From: a bacterium
GTDB lineage: Bacteria > Krumholzibacteriota > Krumholzibacteriia > JACNKJ01
Direction: 5' to 3'
Length of the DNA stretch: 64,000 nucleotides
Assembly: GCA_024231955.1 (NCBI GenBank)
Contig: JAAEPZ010000249.1
Span: 10,127 to 74,126, forward strand
In this document: in pieces, positions 56,321 to 64,000 of the stretch
How the letters are laid out: each line of letters opens with the position of its first letter
How positions within the stretch are numbered: the stretch's first letter is position 1
Translations under genes and position numbers: made by a program
The notes under the pieces: generated by a model
The model's input: the letters and a program-made list of their open reading frames with translations, nothing else
What the model was told of the DNA's origin: nothing
Databases searched by the model: none

Positions 56321-57883
56321 ATGCGCTTTTGGAAATTGACGAGTTTTTGCCTGTTGGGCCTGCTCCTGATCATGGGGTGGGGGTGTTCCGACGAGGGGCG
56401 CCTGCTGCCGAATCTACCTCCGGAGACCACCCTGTTCGTGGATGACGGCTCACTGCACACCACCCACTACCAGCAGATTCTGAGTTGGCACGGTGAGGAT
56501 CAGGACGGCGAGGTGATCCGCTTCGAGTACAAGTGGACCTTCCCCGAGGGTGCCGTGACGGCTGATTTCGACACCACCTGGGTCGGCCTGGTGGAACCGT
56601 TCGTCGAGATGGTCTGCGATACATTCCTGCTTCCCCTGCCCACCGAGTGGCACACTGAGCTCACGGCCAATTTCCAGATTCGGGCAGTGGACACCAAGGG
56701 GTTGGCGGATCCGACTCCGGCCTCCGCCGATTTCAGGATTTTCAACCGCGCTCCCATCCTCTACTACAAGACAGGCGGGGATACTTTGCGGACAATGGAG
56801 CTGCCCACCTCGATCCTCCCCGTCTGCAATCTCGATTTCATGGTCATCGATCCGGACAATATGCCCACGGAAGATGACCCGGGGGTGGAATTTATCCGGG
56901 AAATCAGATTCTGGTTTGAGGACCCCGCGGAATTTATTTCGCTGGCTCCAACCGACACTTTGTTGATCCTGGACGATACGGATTTCGGCGAAAATGTGGG
57001 TGTCGACCGCGAATTCCATCTCCAGGCCTTCGATCTGGCGGGAGCGGGGAGCAACATCCTGGAGGGTACCGCCTTCGTGCGGGACATCTCGGCGGCCAGG
57101 GTTCTGATCCTGGATTCCGCGGGGTCATTGGTGGCCGATTCTCCCATAGTGGATGCGTTCTGGCGCGATGAGGTAATTAGCCTGTTCCCGGCCGAAGAGG
57201 TTGTGCTTCACGACTTTGAGAACGATGGTCAACTGGGGCACAAGAGCATTCTTAACGCAATCTTCTCCCTATTCGAAGCTGTGATATGGTATAATGGAAA
57301 CGCGGGCGAGGCCGATATGAGCTTCGTCAGCAGTCCGACACCGGAGATCACGGCAGCGGAGGAGGGGTTGGTTGAGTACCTGGAGCAGGGCGGCCACGCG
57401 CTGTTGACCGGGTTCAACCTGCTCGGCGCGAGCCGTGGCGACGCAGCCGGCGGTAGTTTCTCGGCTGCATTTGAAGAGGATGTAATTCTGGTCGACAGTC
57501 TCTTGGTCCACAGCACGAATATGCCCGCGGGGGTTGAGGCCTCACCGAACTGGTGGCATTTCACCGGTCAGGAGATTACAGGTTTCCCGGAGGTTGGAAC
57601 CCACACCCTCCGCAATCAATCCACCAAAGCGGGCACGGACAGAATGGCGCTGGACGAGGAATCCATCGCCGGAAATCTGATCGAAGAGTTATACCGGGTG
57701 GCGGGCAGCACCGTCTATCCGCCCAGTACCTTAAATGGTGCGGCGGGTGTTCGGCGGGTTTACGAGGCGAGTGGTGGCGAGCTTGTTCTGCTCACCTTCC
57801 CCGTCAGCCTCGCCGATGGTTACGACAACGCCCTGGAGGATGTCCTGGACTTCCTGCGGGGGTTTGGAGTGCTCTCCCAGTAA
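56321..57883 (+). CDS. hypothetical lipoprotein
   Basis: MRFWKLTSFCLLGLLLIMGWGCSDE (lipobox). It has an Ig-like W-x-G-x-D-x-DG-x-(I/V)-x-(F/Y)-E-Y motif. No enzymatic motif recognised. Confidence 0.65.
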   Translation: MRFWKLTSFCLLGLLLIMGWGCSDEGRLLPNLPPETTLFVDDGSLHTTHYQQILSWHGEDQDGEVIRFEYKWTFPEGAVTADFDTTWVGLVEPFVEMVCDTFLLPLPTEWHTELTANFQIRAVDTKGLADPTPASADFRIFNRAPILYYKTGGDTLRTMELPTSILPVCNLDFMVIDPDNMPTEDDPGVEFIREIRFWFEDPAEFISLAPTDTLLILDDTDFGENVGVDREFHLQAFDLAGAGSNILEGTAFVRDISAARVLILDSAGSLVADSPIVDAFWRDEVISLFPAEEVVLHDFENDGQLGHKSILNAIFSLFEAVIWYNGNAGEADMSFVSSPTPEITAAEEGLVEYLEQGGHALLTGFNLLGASRGDAAGGSFSAAFEEDVILVDSLLVHSTNMPAGVEASPNWWHFTGQEITGFPEVGTHTLRNQSTKAGTDRMALDEESIAGNLIEELYRVAGSTVYPPSTLNGAAGVRRVYEASGGELVLLTFPVSLADGYDNALEDVLDFLRGFGVLSQ

Positions 57884-57964
57884 TGGGGGAGCGGAGCAGC
57901 GGGTCGATCCCTGGCCCGAAGATTTCTCAGCTTTGTCTTGTCAACAATCAAACAGGGGGCATAT

Positions 57965-59863
57965 ATGAAAAAGCTCTTTTCTCTGCTGATGCTGGTTGTG
58001 GTTTTCACATCCGGTGCGGCTTATGGTCAGGATCCTTTCGCGACCACAATCTACGATCTCAACAACGGCCTCGTTCCCTTGGACACACTGGTTCTGCTGG
58101 AGGATGTCGTCATCACCGGCGTCGTGGCTTACGGGCTCTATGTCCAGGAGCAGGCGAGCGGCGAGTACAGCGGGATCTTCATCTATACGGGCAGCGCCAA
58201 CCCTCCCGCGGAGGAGGTCGGCAATATCTGCGACATCATCGGTCCCTACGAGGAGTATCAGGGGCTTGCGGAGCTCAACTTACCCATGAGTACAAGCTCA
58301 TCGATTACGGTGACCGATCCTGACGGTACTGTACCGGATCCTATCCTGGTGCGGGCCGTGCAGGTCAAGACCACCAACCCCGATGAAGCCGAAAAGTGGG
58401 AATCGGTTCTGATCTACGCCGAGAATCTGAATCCCCTGGCGGATGATCCCGGCTACGGTGCCTACTTCGCCATGGAGTTCGACTTCGCGATCAACGATAC
58501 GCTGCGTCTCGATGACGCCTTCGATCACTCCCAGCCGAATCCCGGCCAGCTGCTCGACAGCGTCACCGGTTGCGTGCGTTACTCCTACAACGAGTTCAAC
58601 GTCAACCCGCGCGGCAACGAGGATTTCGTCTATAACGGCGCCGCTCCGGCTCCGAATCTGGAGTGGGCTGTCGCCACCGGCGCCAACACAGTGCGGATCC
58701 GGTTCGATCGCGACGTCGAGCAGACTTCGGCCGAACTCGTCACCAACTACATGTTGGGTGGCGGATTGACCGTGACTGCCGCCGCAATCGACACGGAAAA
58801 TGCCCAGATCGTCAACCTGACCCTGGGTGCCGACATGACCGTCGAAACCCTGGTCAGTATGATCGTCTTCAACGTGCGCAACGAGGATGGCGTGCCGATG
58901 GCTCCGCAGAACGTGGATTTCTGGGGCAACATCAACAGCATCGTCTTCGCCTCGACGCCGGATGCCGGCGCCGACTCCAGCGCCATCGCGCAGAGCTACG
59001 TTACCGTCACCGGTATCGTGCACAGCAAGTTCGATGGTTACGGCAAGAGCCACATCTACCTGGGTGACCTCAGCGGCCCCGGCGACTACAGTGGCCTCGA
59101 AATCTACATGAACGCCTCGCTGGATCTGGTCAACGTGGGTGACATTGTCGTCATCGGCGACTACATCTACGAGTACTTCGCCATGACCTGTATGGCCGAG
59201 CCCTTCTTCTACTTCGATATCCTCTCCAGCGGCAACCCGGTTCCCGACCCGCAGGTGATGGTCATCGATGGCGGCGACTACGAAGTGGTCGAGGGTAGCC
59301 TGGTTGAAGTGCAGGAGGTGGTCGTGGTCGAACGTGGCGGCGATTACAACTTCTACGACTGGAACGTCTCCCAGGATGGACTCAACTGGCTGAAGATCGA
59401 TTCCGTGAACCACTACAGTGGTGGTTACGATGACTTCTACACCTACGTTGAGGGTCTCGGTGATACCCTGAATATCTGTGGCGTCATCAGATATGCATTC
59501 GGTGAGTACATCCTGCAGCCCCGCAGCGATGATGATATCGACATCATCTACCAGAATCCGGTCGGTGTTGAGGTAACGCCCGGCGCCTATGCGGTCCTGG
59601 GTCAGAACTTCCCGAATCCATTCAACCCGAAGACCGAAATCTCCTTCGCGCTGGCCAGCGATGGTCTTGCGAGCCTGGAGATCTTCGACGTTCAGGGTCG
59701 TCTGGTCAAAACTCTGGTGAGCGGCAAACTGGGAGCCGGCTCCCATACGGTCACCTGGAACGGTGACACCAATCAGGGTGACATGTCGACAAGCGGTATG
59801 TATTTCTACCGTCTGAACACATCTCATGAGACTCTGACACGTCGGATGCTGCTGCTGAAGTAA
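57965..59863 (+). CDS. secreted surface protein with two OB-like modules, an Ig-like domain and a T9SS-type C-terminal sorting domain
   Basis: Signal peptide MKKLFSLLMLVVVFTSGAAYG. Two modules of the type V(I/T)(I/V)TG(V/I)V...G(I/L)(F/E)IY...(I/V)GD...EY. The classic Por_Secre_tail is LGQNFPNPFNPKTEISF...LEIFDVQGRLVKTL...GSHTVTWNGD...GMYFYRLNT. Confidence 0.8.
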   Translation: MKKLFSLLMLVVVFTSGAAYGQDPFATTIYDLNNGLVPLDTLVLLEDVVITGVVAYGLYVQEQASGEYSGIFIYTGSANPPAEEVGNICDIIGPYEEYQGLAELNLPMSTSSSITVTDPDGTVPDPILVRAVQVKTTNPDEAEKWESVLIYAENLNPLADDPGYGAYFAMEFDFAINDTLRLDDAFDHSQPNPGQLLDSVTGCVRYSYNEFNVNPRGNEDFVYNGAAPAPNLEWAVATGANTVRIRFDRDVEQTSAELVTNYMLGGGLTVTAAAIDTENAQIVNLTLGADMTVETLVSMIVFNVRNEDGVPMAPQNVDFWGNINSIVFASTPDAGADSSAIAQSYVTVTGIVHSKFDGYGKSHIYLGDLSGPGDYSGLEIYMNASLDLVNVGDIVVIGDYIYEYFAMTCMAEPFFYFDILSSGNPVPDPQVMVIDGGDYEVVEGSLVEVQEVVVVERGGDYNFYDWNVSQDGLNWLKIDSVNHYSGGYDDFYTYVEGLGDTLNICGVIRYAFGEYILQPRSDDDIDIIYQNPVGVEVTPGAYAVLGQNFPNPFNPKTEISFALASDGLASLEIFDVQGRLVKTLVSGKLGAGSHTVTWNGDTNQGDMSTSGMYFYRLNTSHETLTRRMLLLK

Positions 59864-59865
59864 GA

Positions 59866-59958
59866 GTCGCAAAACACCAGGCTGTTTTGCTTATACGGAG
59901 AATTGAATCGCGTCGCAAAACAACAGAGCTGTTTTGCTTACACGAAGAATTGAATCGC
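59866..59958 (+). repeat. tandem 46/47-nt direct repeat (2 copies), each containing an 8-bp hairpin
   Basis: The two copies are GTCGCAAAACACCAGGCTGTTTTGCTTATACGGAGAATTGAATCGC and GTCGCAAAACAACAGAGCTGTTTTGCTTACACGAAGAATTGAATCGC. The hairpin is GCAAAACA-loop-TGTTTTGC. Confidence 0.85.
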
Positions 59959-60067
59959 TGCGCGATTCCGATTCTTCGGGGACAGGTGGCGGTAATGCGG
60001 ACACCTGTGAGAACGGAAACGGGCTGATCCTGCGTCTCTCCTAAGACAAGGCTATGCTCGAGAAATC

Positions 60068-60103
60068 AAAGGGGTCCCGGCATCTGCCGGGGCCCCTTTT
60101 CTC
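60068..60103 (+). terminator. intrinsic terminator (A-tract/T-tract flanked, possibly bidirectional)
   Basis: AAAGGGGTCCCGG-CATCTG-CCGGGGCCCCTTTTCTC, a 10-bp stem. Confidence 0.6.
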
Positions 60104-60228
60104 GATGTGCCGGTTGGAAAAGGGGGGCGACGATGGATATCGGGGATAGACCTCATGCTCCACATTGCCTAGAATATCCCCTGTAATCGCTGGGAATCAC
60201 ACAGAGTTCGACTACCAGGAGAGATGTA

Positions 60229-61059
60229 TTGTCCCGACACCGTTTCTTTGCCCATGTGCCGGCCACCATGCTGGACAGGTACCTGCCCGCCCTCGAGCAG
60301 ATGCCGCTCGGCCTGGAGATCTATATGGATCAGGTGGCCCTGCGGGATGATTTCCGCCCCGAGCTCGAACGCCTGGGGGCAATGTTGCGGGAGGGGGCGC
60401 GCGCCTGTCGGTTTCACGCTCCGTTCAGGGACATCAATCCCGGCGGCTTTGATCCGGACATCCTGGAGATCAGCCGCCGTCGATTGATTGCGGCCCTGGA
60501 CGCCGCCAAGCATTTCGGCGTGCGCGATCTGGTTGCCCACACGGCCTGGGATCCCCGCATGTACGGGCTGGATCGCGCCGAGTGGCTCGATCGCTCCACG
60601 ACTTTCTGGCTGGATATGGGGGAGCAGGCGGCGAAACGGGGGTGCCGGTTCGGTCTGGAGAATGTTTTTGATCTTCAGCCGACGCTCCTTGCGGAGCTGC
60701 TTGACCGTTTGCCCTCCCCAATCTTCGGTGTCAATCTCGATATCGGGCACTGGTTTGCCTGGGGTGCGGGTTCTCTGTCCGAATGGTTCGATATCCTGGG
60801 GCCCCGCTTACTGTCGCTGCATCTGCATGACAACAATGGTGTTCACGATGAGCATCTGCCCGTGGGGGCCGGTAAGATCCCCTGGTCCGAACTCTATCCC
60901 CTGGTGAGAGCGGTCGGACGTCCACTGGACTGGACGGTGGAAAATCGGAGCGTGGCAGCGGTGGTGGCGAGCGCCAACCACATCGGTAGGTATGCCGGGG
61001 TTGCCGATTTGTCTCACCTTGTGGATATTATTCATCCGGAGCCGACCGGGCACAAATAG
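60229..61059 (+). CDS. sugar phosphate isomerase/epimerase (xylose isomerase-like TIM barrel, AP_endonuc_2 family)
   Basis: TTG start after CAGGAGAG. It has FGLENVFD, NLDIGHWF and LHLHDNNGVHDEHLPVGAGKIPW, which are typical metal-ligand motifs of this fold. Confidence 0.75.
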   Translation: MSRHRFFAHVPATMLDRYLPALEQMPLGLEIYMDQVALRDDFRPELERLGAMLREGARACRFHAPFRDINPGGFDPDILEISRRRLIAALDAAKHFGVRDLVAHTAWDPRMYGLDRAEWLDRSTTFWLDMGEQAAKRGCRFGLENVFDLQPTLLAELLDRLPSPIFGVNLDIGHWFAWGAGSLSEWFDILGPRLLSLHLHDNNGVHDEHLPVGAGKIPWSELYPLVRAVGRPLDWTVENRSVAAVVASANHIGRYAGVADLSHLVDIIHPEPTGHK

Positions 61060-61071
61060 CTGCCGGTGCTC

Positions 61072-61100
61072 TTGACAGTGCCGTAAGCCTTTGCTACTTT
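61072..61100 (+). promoter_or_regulatory. putative promoter of rplM-rpsI
   Basis: TTGACA-N17-TACTTT, giving a leader of about 90 nt. Confidence 0.5.
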
Positions 61101-61194
61101 GGCACTTCGTTTATTCACGAGGCCCGATTGTACCCGATCCCCAATCCAAGGCGGGGCAGCGGTTTGGTGTGTAAATTCATAGATGGAGGCGATC

Positions 61195-61623
61195 ATGAAG
61201 ACCTATGTCGCGAAGACAGAGGACTTGGTACACCGCTGGTATATTGTTGATGCTGAAGGGGCTACCCTCGGTCGGCTTGCCAGTCGTGTTGCTCAGGTCA
61301 TTCGCGGTAAACACCGTCCCGATTTCTCTCCCCACATGGATATGGGGGATCATGTCATCATCGTCAACGCCGAAAAGGTGTATGTCAGTGGCGACAAGAG
61401 AGAACAGAAAACCTACACGCGTTACTCCGGTTACCAGAGTGGCCTGACGACCAGGAAACTGGGCGACATGCTGGCTGACAAACCTGAGGAAGTGTTGACT
61501 CACGCCGTGAAGGGTATGCTGCCCAAGAATCGTCTTGGCCGCAAGCTGATCCGTAAACTCAGAGTTTATCGTGGCAGCGGCCATCCGCATGTTGGCCAGA
61601 TGCCCGAAACCCTGGAGATCTAG
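61195..61623 (+). CDS. rplM: 50S ribosomal protein L13
   Basis: MKTYVAKTEDLVHRWYIVDAEGATLGRLASRVAQVIRGKH...GMLPKNRLGRKLIRKLRVYRG. Confidence 0.97.
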   Translation: MKTYVAKTEDLVHRWYIVDAEGATLGRLASRVAQVIRGKHRPDFSPHMDMGDHVIIVNAEKVYVSGDKREQKTYTRYSGYQSGLTTRKLGDMLADKPEEVLTHAVKGMLPKNRLGRKLIRKLRVYRGSGHPHVGQMPETLEI

Positions 61624-61653
61624 TGCTCCAGTTTGGAGAAGGAGTCCAATAGG

Positions 61654-62046
61654 ATGTCTGAAGTCTATACAGCGACCGGACGGCGCAAGGAATCCGTGGC
61701 TCGGGGTCGCGTTGTTATTCCCGGTACCGGTAAGCAGACCATCAATGGCCGTCAGCTGGACAGCTACCTTGGTCGTCGCAACCTGATTATCCAGGTTCGC
61801 CAACCCCTTGAGTTCGTCGACCTGATGGACTCCGTGGATATCCACGCGCGGGTCAATGGTGGCGGAATTACCGGCCAGGCGGGCGCAGTTCGCCTTGGCA
61901 TCGCCCGTGCGCTGCTTGTCAAGGATGAAGAGCTGAAGAAAACGTTGCGTGGTTCTGGTTGTCTGACTCGCGATCCTCGTATGAAGGAGCGCAAGAAGTA
62001 CGGTCAGCCCGGTGCGCGTAAGCGTTTCCAGTTCTCGAAGCGGTAG
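61654..62046 (+). CDS. rpsI: 30S ribosomal protein S9
   Basis: YTATGRRKESVARGRV...GGGITGQAGAVRLGIARAL...LTRDPRMKERKKYGQPGARKRFQFSKR. Confidence 0.97.
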   Translation: MSEVYTATGRRKESVARGRVVIPGTGKQTINGRQLDSYLGRRNLIIQVRQPLEFVDLMDSVDIHARVNGGGITGQAGAVRLGIARALLVKDEELKKTLRGSGCLTRDPRMKERKKYGQPGARKRFQFSKR

Positions 62047-62152
62047 AAGAACTTTTACATTACACACGTCGATGGATCGGATTGCAGGTCTCCCATAGCG
62101 GGAGTGGAATCCGGGCGGAAGTCGGCGGTGGACAAACCTGCAGGAGGAAGTC

Positions 62153-63010
62153 ATGGGTTTCAACGTGACCATCAAGGACATGCTGGAAGCCGGGGTTCAC
62201 TTTGGGCATCAGACCCGTCGCTGGAATCCCAAGATGAAGCGTTTCATCTTTGCCGAGAAAAACGGCATCTACATCATCGATCTTCAGAAAACCCACGAAT
62301 GCGCCAAGGTGGCCTATGAGGTCATCCGCAAGGCGGCATCGACGGGTGCGCCGGTTCTCTTCGTGGGACCCAAGAAGCAGGCCAAGGAGACAATCCAGGA
62401 GGAGGCCAAGCGCTGTGATCAGTTCTTCGTCATCGAGCGTTGGCTTGGTGGTTTGCTGACCAATTTCAAGACCGTGCGCAAGAGCATCGATAAGCTGCTC
62501 GATATCGAGAAGATGATGGAGGATGGCCGGTTTGAGCAGTTCAACAAGAAGGAGCGGATGCAGCTGAACAAAAAGCGCGACCGTCTCCAACTCATGCTCG
62601 GCGGTATTCGGGGTATGGAAAAGACTCCGGGACTCGTTTTTGTCGTCGATACCAGTCAGAGTGAAATCGCCATCAAAGAGGCCAACAAGCTGAAGGTTCC
62701 GGTTGTCGCCATGGTCGACACCAACTGTGATCCCGATGCCGTCGATTATCCTATCCCCGGTAACGATGATGCGATCCGTTCGATCCGACTCTTCACGCGG
62801 ATGACCGCAGAGGCCGTGATCGAGGGGCGTGCGTCGATGAAGGACAAGGAGAAGATCGAAAAGGCCAAGGCCGAGAAGATCGCTGCCGAAAAGCAGGCGG
62901 ACAAACCGGCTCCGAGGGCTCCGAAGCCCAAACCCGCCGCCGCGCCCAAGGTCGAGAAAAAAGAAGCCGCGCCGGTCAAAACAGAGGACGCTCCCAAGCT
63001 GGACGCCTAA
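62153..63010 (+). CDS. rpsB: 30S ribosomal protein S2 with K/A/P-rich C-terminal tail
   Basis: [27 protein letters not shown]...GIYIIDL. The C-terminal ~45 aa are low-complexity ([35 protein letters not shown]). Confidence 0.97.
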   Translation: MGFNVTIKDMLEAGVHFGHQTRRWNPKMKRFIFAEKNGIYIIDLQKTHECAKVAYEVIRKAASTGAPVLFVGPKKQAKETIQEEAKRCDQFFVIERWLGGLLTNFKTVRKSIDKLLDIEKMMEDGRFEQFNKKERMQLNKKRDRLQLMLGGIRGMEKTPGLVFVVDTSQSEIAIKEANKLKVPVVAMVDTNCDPDAVDYPIPGNDDAIRSIRLFTRMTAEAVIEGRASMKDKEKIEKAKAEKIAAEKQADKPAPRAPKPKPAAAPKVEKKEAAPVKTEDAPKLDA

Positions 63011-63054
63011 CCGGGGCAGAGCACAACACATTTGCGATGTCGAGGAGGAATTCC

Positions 63055-63657
63055 ATGGCTGAGATTACTGCCAAACTGGTGAAGGAGCTTCGCGAGAAGA
63101 CCGGGGCCGGTATGATGAACTGCAAAAAAGCACTTGGGGAGACCGATGGCGACCTGAGCAAGGCGATCGACTATCTGCGCACCAAGGGCATGGCCGATGC
63201 GAAGAAGAAGTCCGGCCGGGCAACCAAGGAGGGCCTCGTGTTCTCCTACATCCACCCGGGTGGCAAGGTCGGCGTCATGATCGAGGTCGCCTGCGAAACG
63301 GATTTCGTGGCGCGCACCCCCGATTTTCAGAATTTCTGCAAGGATGTTGCCATGCAGGTCGCGGCCTCCGCTCCCCTGGCGGTCGAACGTGAAGACCTGG
63401 ACCCTGCGGTCGTCGAGCACGAACGTGAGATCGCCAAGCAACAGGCTATCGAATCCGGCAAGCCGGAGAACATTGCCGAGAAGATCGTCACTGGTCGTAT
63501 CGAGAAATTCTTCGGCGAGGTTTGCCTCATGGAGCAGGCCTTCGTCAAGGATCCCAACATGACCGTGAAGGATCTGCTCGATGGTATGATCGGTTCTCTC
63601 GGCGAGAATATGGCCATCCGTCGCTTCGCCCGCTTCCAGCTTGGTGAAGAGATTTAA
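63055..63657 (+). CDS. tsf: translation elongation factor Ts (short ~200-aa form)
   Basis: MAEITAKLVKELREKTGAGMMNCKKALGETDGDLSKAIDYLRTKG...VGVMIEVACETDFVAR. Confidence 0.95.
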   Translation: MAEITAKLVKELREKTGAGMMNCKKALGETDGDLSKAIDYLRTKGMADAKKKSGRATKEGLVFSYIHPGGKVGVMIEVACETDFVARTPDFQNFCKDVAMQVAASAPLAVEREDLDPAVVEHEREIAKQQAIESGKPENIAEKIVTGRIEKFFGEVCLMEQAFVKDPNMTVKDLLDGMIGSLGENMAIRRFARFQLGEEI

Positions 63658-63669
63658 CTCGGGAGATTT

Positions 63670-64000
63670 ATGCCGTCAGCGAGATACCAGCGCGTCCTCC
63701 TCAAACTGAGTGGTGAAACCCTCAGTGGAGAAAACGGTCAGAGCTTCGACTTCGGCAGAATTCGAACTCTGGCCCACCAACTGGGGACGTTAAGATCACA
63801 CGATGTGGAGATCGCGCTGGTTCTCGGTGGCGGCAATATTTTTAGGGGCAGGGAAGCCCGCAATGTCGGTGTGGATCGGATCCGGGGCGACAGGCTCGGG
63901 ATGCTGGCCACTGTGATGAACGCCAGTTCGCTCGCAGCGGTACTGGAGGCGGAGGGGATTCCCGTCCGCATGTTCACCGCCACGCCCATGCCGGCCTTCG
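63670..64000 (+). CDS. pyrH: UMP kinase, N-terminal fragment (runs off the window end)
   Basis: ATG 63670. Translation gives YQRVLLKLSGETLSG...VEIALVLGGGNIFRG...GMLATVMNASSL with no stop before 64000. Confidence 0.9.
   Translation, partial: MPSARYQRVLLKLSGETLSGENGQSFDFGRIRTLAHQLGTLRSHDVEIALVLGGGNIFRGREARNVGVDRIRGDRLGMLATVMNASSLAAVLEAEGIPVRMFTATPMPAF

Noticed and set aside
58298-59872. 524-aa minus-strand ORF inside the last cargo gene
   Set aside because: The plus strand encodes a classic Por_Secre_tail and a signal peptide, so the minus frame is a shadow ORF.
59866-59958. Possible CRISPR array
   Set aside because: There are only two directly abutting copies, with no spacers between them and no cas genes, so it is a tandem repeat and not a CRISPR.
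60122-60150. GGGGGCGACGATGGATATCGGGGATAG, superficially like a tmRNA 5-prime end
   Set aside because: It lacks the UUCGAC core. A ~350-nt tmRNA would have to overlap the well-supported TIM-barrel CDS starting at 60229. No tRNA-like 3-prime end (TTCGA..CCA) follows.
1-64000. Looked for mobile elements, prophage, toxin-antitoxin, restriction-modification or other defence genes
   Set aside because: No product resembling an integrase, transposase, recombinase, reverse transcriptase, Cas protein, methyltransferase-nuclease pair or phage structural protein was recognisable. I saw no terminal inverted repeats or att-like duplications of tRNA ends.

Overview
This is a densely coding, GC-rich (about 60% or more by eye) chromosomal segment from a Gram-negative bacterium. 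I support about 55 CDS, 4 tRNAs (Phe-GAA, Thr-CGT, Sec-TCA, Ile2-CAT) and the RNase P RNA. Most genes are housekeeping. They include LPS core genes (waaA, GT9), uvrA, galE, glmM-glmS-ridA, lepA-lepB-hemW-hrcA-grpE-dnaJ, and yqeY-cvpA-mutS2-dnaG-rpoD. They also include rnhA-rnpB-recJ-relA-dtd-maf and rplM-rpsI-rpsB-tsf-pyrH. Three secreted proteins end in T9SS-type (Por_Secre_tail / FlgD-Ig-like) C-terminal sorting domains. Together with a PorV/PorQ-like barrel and a DUF5683-like protein, this points to an FCB-superphylum or related candidate-phylum organism that uses selenocysteine. I found no transposase, integrase, CRISPR array, prophage or recognisable defence genes. The most interesting parts are: (1) a six-gene, translationally coupled outer-membrane cluster at 49.1-59.9 kb (TonB-dependent barrel, PorV-like barrel, NHL lipoprotein, lipoprotein and two T9SS-CTD cargo proteins), followed by a tandem hairpin repeat; (2) a chemoreceptor whose periplasmic domain is made of tandem CZB-like zinc/redox-sensor motifs; (3) a sensor-less hybrid histidine kinase coupled to two CNNM/CorB transporters; (4) an operon of two XRE-cupin regulators, DUF1844 and a TSP3-repeat outer-membrane protein; (5) rnpB wedged between rnhA and recJ, with its promoter inside the rnhA 3-prime end. 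All family names come from motif recognition in the translations. No BLAST, HMM or folding was run.
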